A stretch of 64,000 bases of DNA from positions 475 through 64,474 of the forward strand of contig CAZBWA010000003.1 in NCBI GenBank assembly GCA_964495555.1, written 5' to 3'. Positions 62,150 to 64,000 of this stretch are shown here, in pieces (within the stretch, counting starts at the first letter, position 1; the number at the start of each line of letters is the position of its first letter). The notes under the pieces are model-generated. The model made no database searches and was not told the origin of the DNA. It saw only the letters and a program-made list of their open reading frames with translations. A program made the position numbers and the translations under genes. The stretch is from an uncultured Bifidobacteriaceae bacterium. GTDB taxonomy: Bacteria; Actinomycetota; Actinomycetes; S36-B12.

Positions 62150-62632
62150 GTGACGGCTCTTCCCACGACGCGACGCGCGCTCCTCGCGGGGGCCGGCGCC
62201 CTCGGCCTTGCGGGAGTGATCACATCGTGCTCCTCGGATCCACCGGCGCCCGTGGCCCTCGACACCCCGTCTCCCCAGGAGCGCGACTCCGCGCTCATCT
62301 CGGAACTCGGCCTCATCGCCCTCTACTCCGCGACGATCGAAGCGTTCCCGGATCTGGCCCCGCTCGCCTCACCCATCGCCGATCAACACCGCGAGCATGC
62401 GCGCGCGCTCGGGTCCGATGTGGATCCGGAACCCTCTCCCGTGACAATTCCGGACTCCGCGCGGGGCGCCATCCGGCAGCTCATCGCCGCAGAGGAACAA
62501 GCCGCACGCGATAGGCAGGACGCCTGCTCGGTGGAGTCCTCCGCGGAACGAATCCGACTGTTGACACTGATCGCAGCCTCCGAGGCATCCCACGCCACGG
62601 CACTTGCCGCATGGCAGGAGGCCGGAGCATGA
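62150..62632 (+). CDS. Tat-signal lipoprotein, Ala-rich, ferritin-like (DUF4439-like)
   Basis: Twin-arginine signal TTRRALLAGAGALGLAG followed by ITSC. Its position upstream of rimP is the same as the Ala-rich pair in mycobacteria. ATGA overlap with the next gene. Confidence 0.65.
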   Translation: MTALPTTRRALLAGAGALGLAGVITSCSSDPPAPVALDTPSPQERDSALISELGLIALYSATIEAFPDLAPLASPIADQHREHARALGSDVDPEPSPVTIPDSARGAIRQLIAAEEQAARDRQDACSVESSAERIRLLTLIAASEASHATALAAWQEAGA

Positions 62633-63063
62633 GCGCCTGGTCGGCCGCCTACCTCGCCGAGGACGCCGCCGAGGCCGCGTGTCGCACCGCCGCTGCGGCC
62701 CTGGGCACTCCGTTGCGTCGCCGCGCATTGGCGCGGGCGGCTGACCATGCCGCCGCGCGGACACGAATCCAATCGCTTCTGACGGACCTGCCCGCCGTTC
62801 CCGCCGCCTACTCCTTCGCGGAGTCCGCGGAGACTCCTGCAGCGGCACGCGCACTGGTCAGCAGTACGGAGAACGCACTGGTGCCGGTCTACGCGGACGC
62901 AGCTGCCGCGGACGCCGGCCCATCGCGCTCATGGGCCGTGGAGCAGGCGATGGCCTGCGCGGTCGCTGGTGTTCGTTGGGGTGGCGAGACCCAGGCATTC
63001 CCTCAGGCTCCCTCATCCGCTGCCCCCGAGGAACAGGTCCCAGGCCAGACGCAGGATCAGTAG
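62629..63063 (+). CDS. Ala-rich ferritin-like (DUF4439-like) protein
   Basis: ATG 62629 in an ATGA overlap. The helical Ala-rich sequence pairs with the preceding gene. The 3' end overlaps the convergent TauE gene by 51 nt. Confidence 0.6.
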   Translation: MSAWSAAYLAEDAAEAACRTAAAALGTPLRRRALARAADHAAARTRIQSLLTDLPAVPAAYSFAESAETPAAARALVSSTENALVPVYADAAAADAGPSRSWAVEQAMACAVAGVRWGGETQAFPQAPSSAAPEEQVPGQTQDQ

Positions 63064-63804
63064 ACCGACGACGACGAGGAACACTGCACGCACGAATCGG
63101 CTTCCCCTGCGAAGTGCGGTCCGGGCCCCGAAGAAGGCACCCGCGACGTTTGCGATGGCCATCAGGAGTCCAACGGCCCAGAGGATCGAATCGGATAACC
63201 CGAAGACGAGGATCGCCGCGATGTTCGTTCCGAGGTTGACGATTTTCGCCGTGACCGAGGCGTTGAGGAACGAGTAGCCCAGGCCGGCGACGAGAACGAT
63301 GATCAGAAACGACCCCGTCCCGGGTCCCAGGATGCCGTCGTAAAAGCCGATGGCCGCGCCCGCTCCGATGGCGATGATGTAATGACGCGAGCCGGCTGGG
63401 AACCGAAGTTCCTCGTCAATGCCCAATCGTGGACGGAACATCAGGAACAACCAGACACCGACCAGCGCGATGAGGATGATCGGCTCGATGACCTGCGCGG
63501 GCAGGTTGACCGCGGTTCGCGCACCTAGCACCGCGGTGGCGAATGCAGTGAGTGCCATCGGTACCGCGGTCGCCAGATGGGGGCGGATCTTGCGCAGGTA
63601 GGTGGCTGCCGCCGTGGCGGTCCCCAAGACACTCGCAACCTTGTTGGTCCCCAGTGCCACCGACGGCGCCAATTGCGGTTGCGTGATCAGGAGCATGGGC
63701 ACCTGAAGCATTCCGCCCCCGCCGGACACGGCGTCGATCCACCCGGCGACCAATGCGGTGGCGACTAGGAGGACGAGGATTCCCGGGTCCACCCCGTCGA
63801 TCAT
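63013..63804 (-). CDS. TauE/SafE-family sulfite/anion exporter membrane protein
   Basis: [22 protein letters not shown] and a repeated 4-TM organisation. The ATG overlaps the upstream proS stop (ATGA). Confidence 0.8.
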   Translation of the reverse strand: MIDGVDPGILVLLVATALVAGWIDAVSGGGGMLQVPMLLITQPQLAPSVALGTNKVASVLGTATAAATYLRKIRPHLATAVPMALTAFATAVLGARTAVNLPAQVIEPIILIALVGVWLFLMFRPRLGIDEELRFPAGSRHYIIAIGAGAAIGFYDGILGPGTGSFLIIVLVAGLGYSFLNASVTAKIVNLGTNIAAILVFGLSDSILWAVGLLMAIANVAGAFFGARTALRRGSRFVRAVFLVVVGLLILRLAWDLFLGGSG

Positions 63805-64000
63805 GACGACCGAATCAACTGCTTCACGTGGTCGCGGATCATCTCGGCAGCGACATCCGACCGTTCCCCGGTCTGCCGATCCTTGACCTCCACGACTCCC
63901 TCGGCCAGACCCTTACCCACCACAACGATGGTGGGAACGCCGATCAGTTCGGAATCGTTGAACTTCACGCCCGGGGACACACCGCGTCGATCGTCGAGCA
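63801..64000 (-). CDS. proS: proline--tRNA ligase, C-terminal fragment (5' end beyond the window)
   Basis: My manual minus-strand translation reads ..[64 protein letters not shown]. This is the class II anticodon-binding domain typical of ProRS. Synteny next to rimP-nusA agrees. It is absent from the ORF track because no start lies in the window. Confidence 0.8.
   Translation of the reverse strand, partial: LDDRRGVSPGVKFNDSELIGVPTIVVVGKGLAEGVVEVKDRQTGERSDVAAEMIRDHVKQLIRSS

Overview
The window is high-GC, very gene-dense actinobacterial chromosome with about 65 protein genes, short intergenic spacers and no rRNA or tRNA. From memory (not checked by alignment), the gene order is collinear with the conserved actinobacterial backbone known from Mycobacterium and Streptomyces: parC/parE-sigA, metY-metX, nrdR-nrdJ, lexA, hflX-dapF, miaA-miaB, recA-recX, clgR, pgsA-rimO, ftsK, rnj-dapA-thyX, dapB, pnp-rpsO, ribF-truB-rbfA-infB-ylxR-nusA-rimP and proS. 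Small insertions interrupt this backbone: a GT4/PIG-L pair, SpoOM-like/MMPL, argG/MFS/sulfotransferase, GNAT/AzlCD, an SGNH hydrolase and TauE. I found no integrase, transposase, phage gene, CRISPR array, toxin-antitoxin pair or recognisable defence module. I also found no convincing candidate for a wholly new multi-gene system. What the ORF track does not explain is regulatory. A SAM-IV-type riboswitch with its own promoter sits upstream of metY-metX. Four LexA (SOS) boxes are present, three in the lexA / LysM-gene spacer and one at recA. Tandem NrdR boxes lie on a predicted nrdR-nrdJ promoter. The rpsO and pnp leaders are structured. At least eight genes have a -10 box six nucleotides before the start codon, the signature of leaderless mRNAs. 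All nine convergent gene junctions are overlapped or nearly abutting. The items most worth follow-up are the SOS-boxed LysM-SGNH hydrolase operon, the divergent GT4/PIG-L pair, and the sulfotransferase-MFS pair downstream of clgR. Many long ORFs in the track are antisense or alternate-frame artefacts of high GC content and were rejected. Several ORF-track starts were moved downstream to a start with a Shine-Dalgarno (SD) sequence, a -10 box or a stop-start overlap. All homology calls are by eye from motifs, with no database search run.
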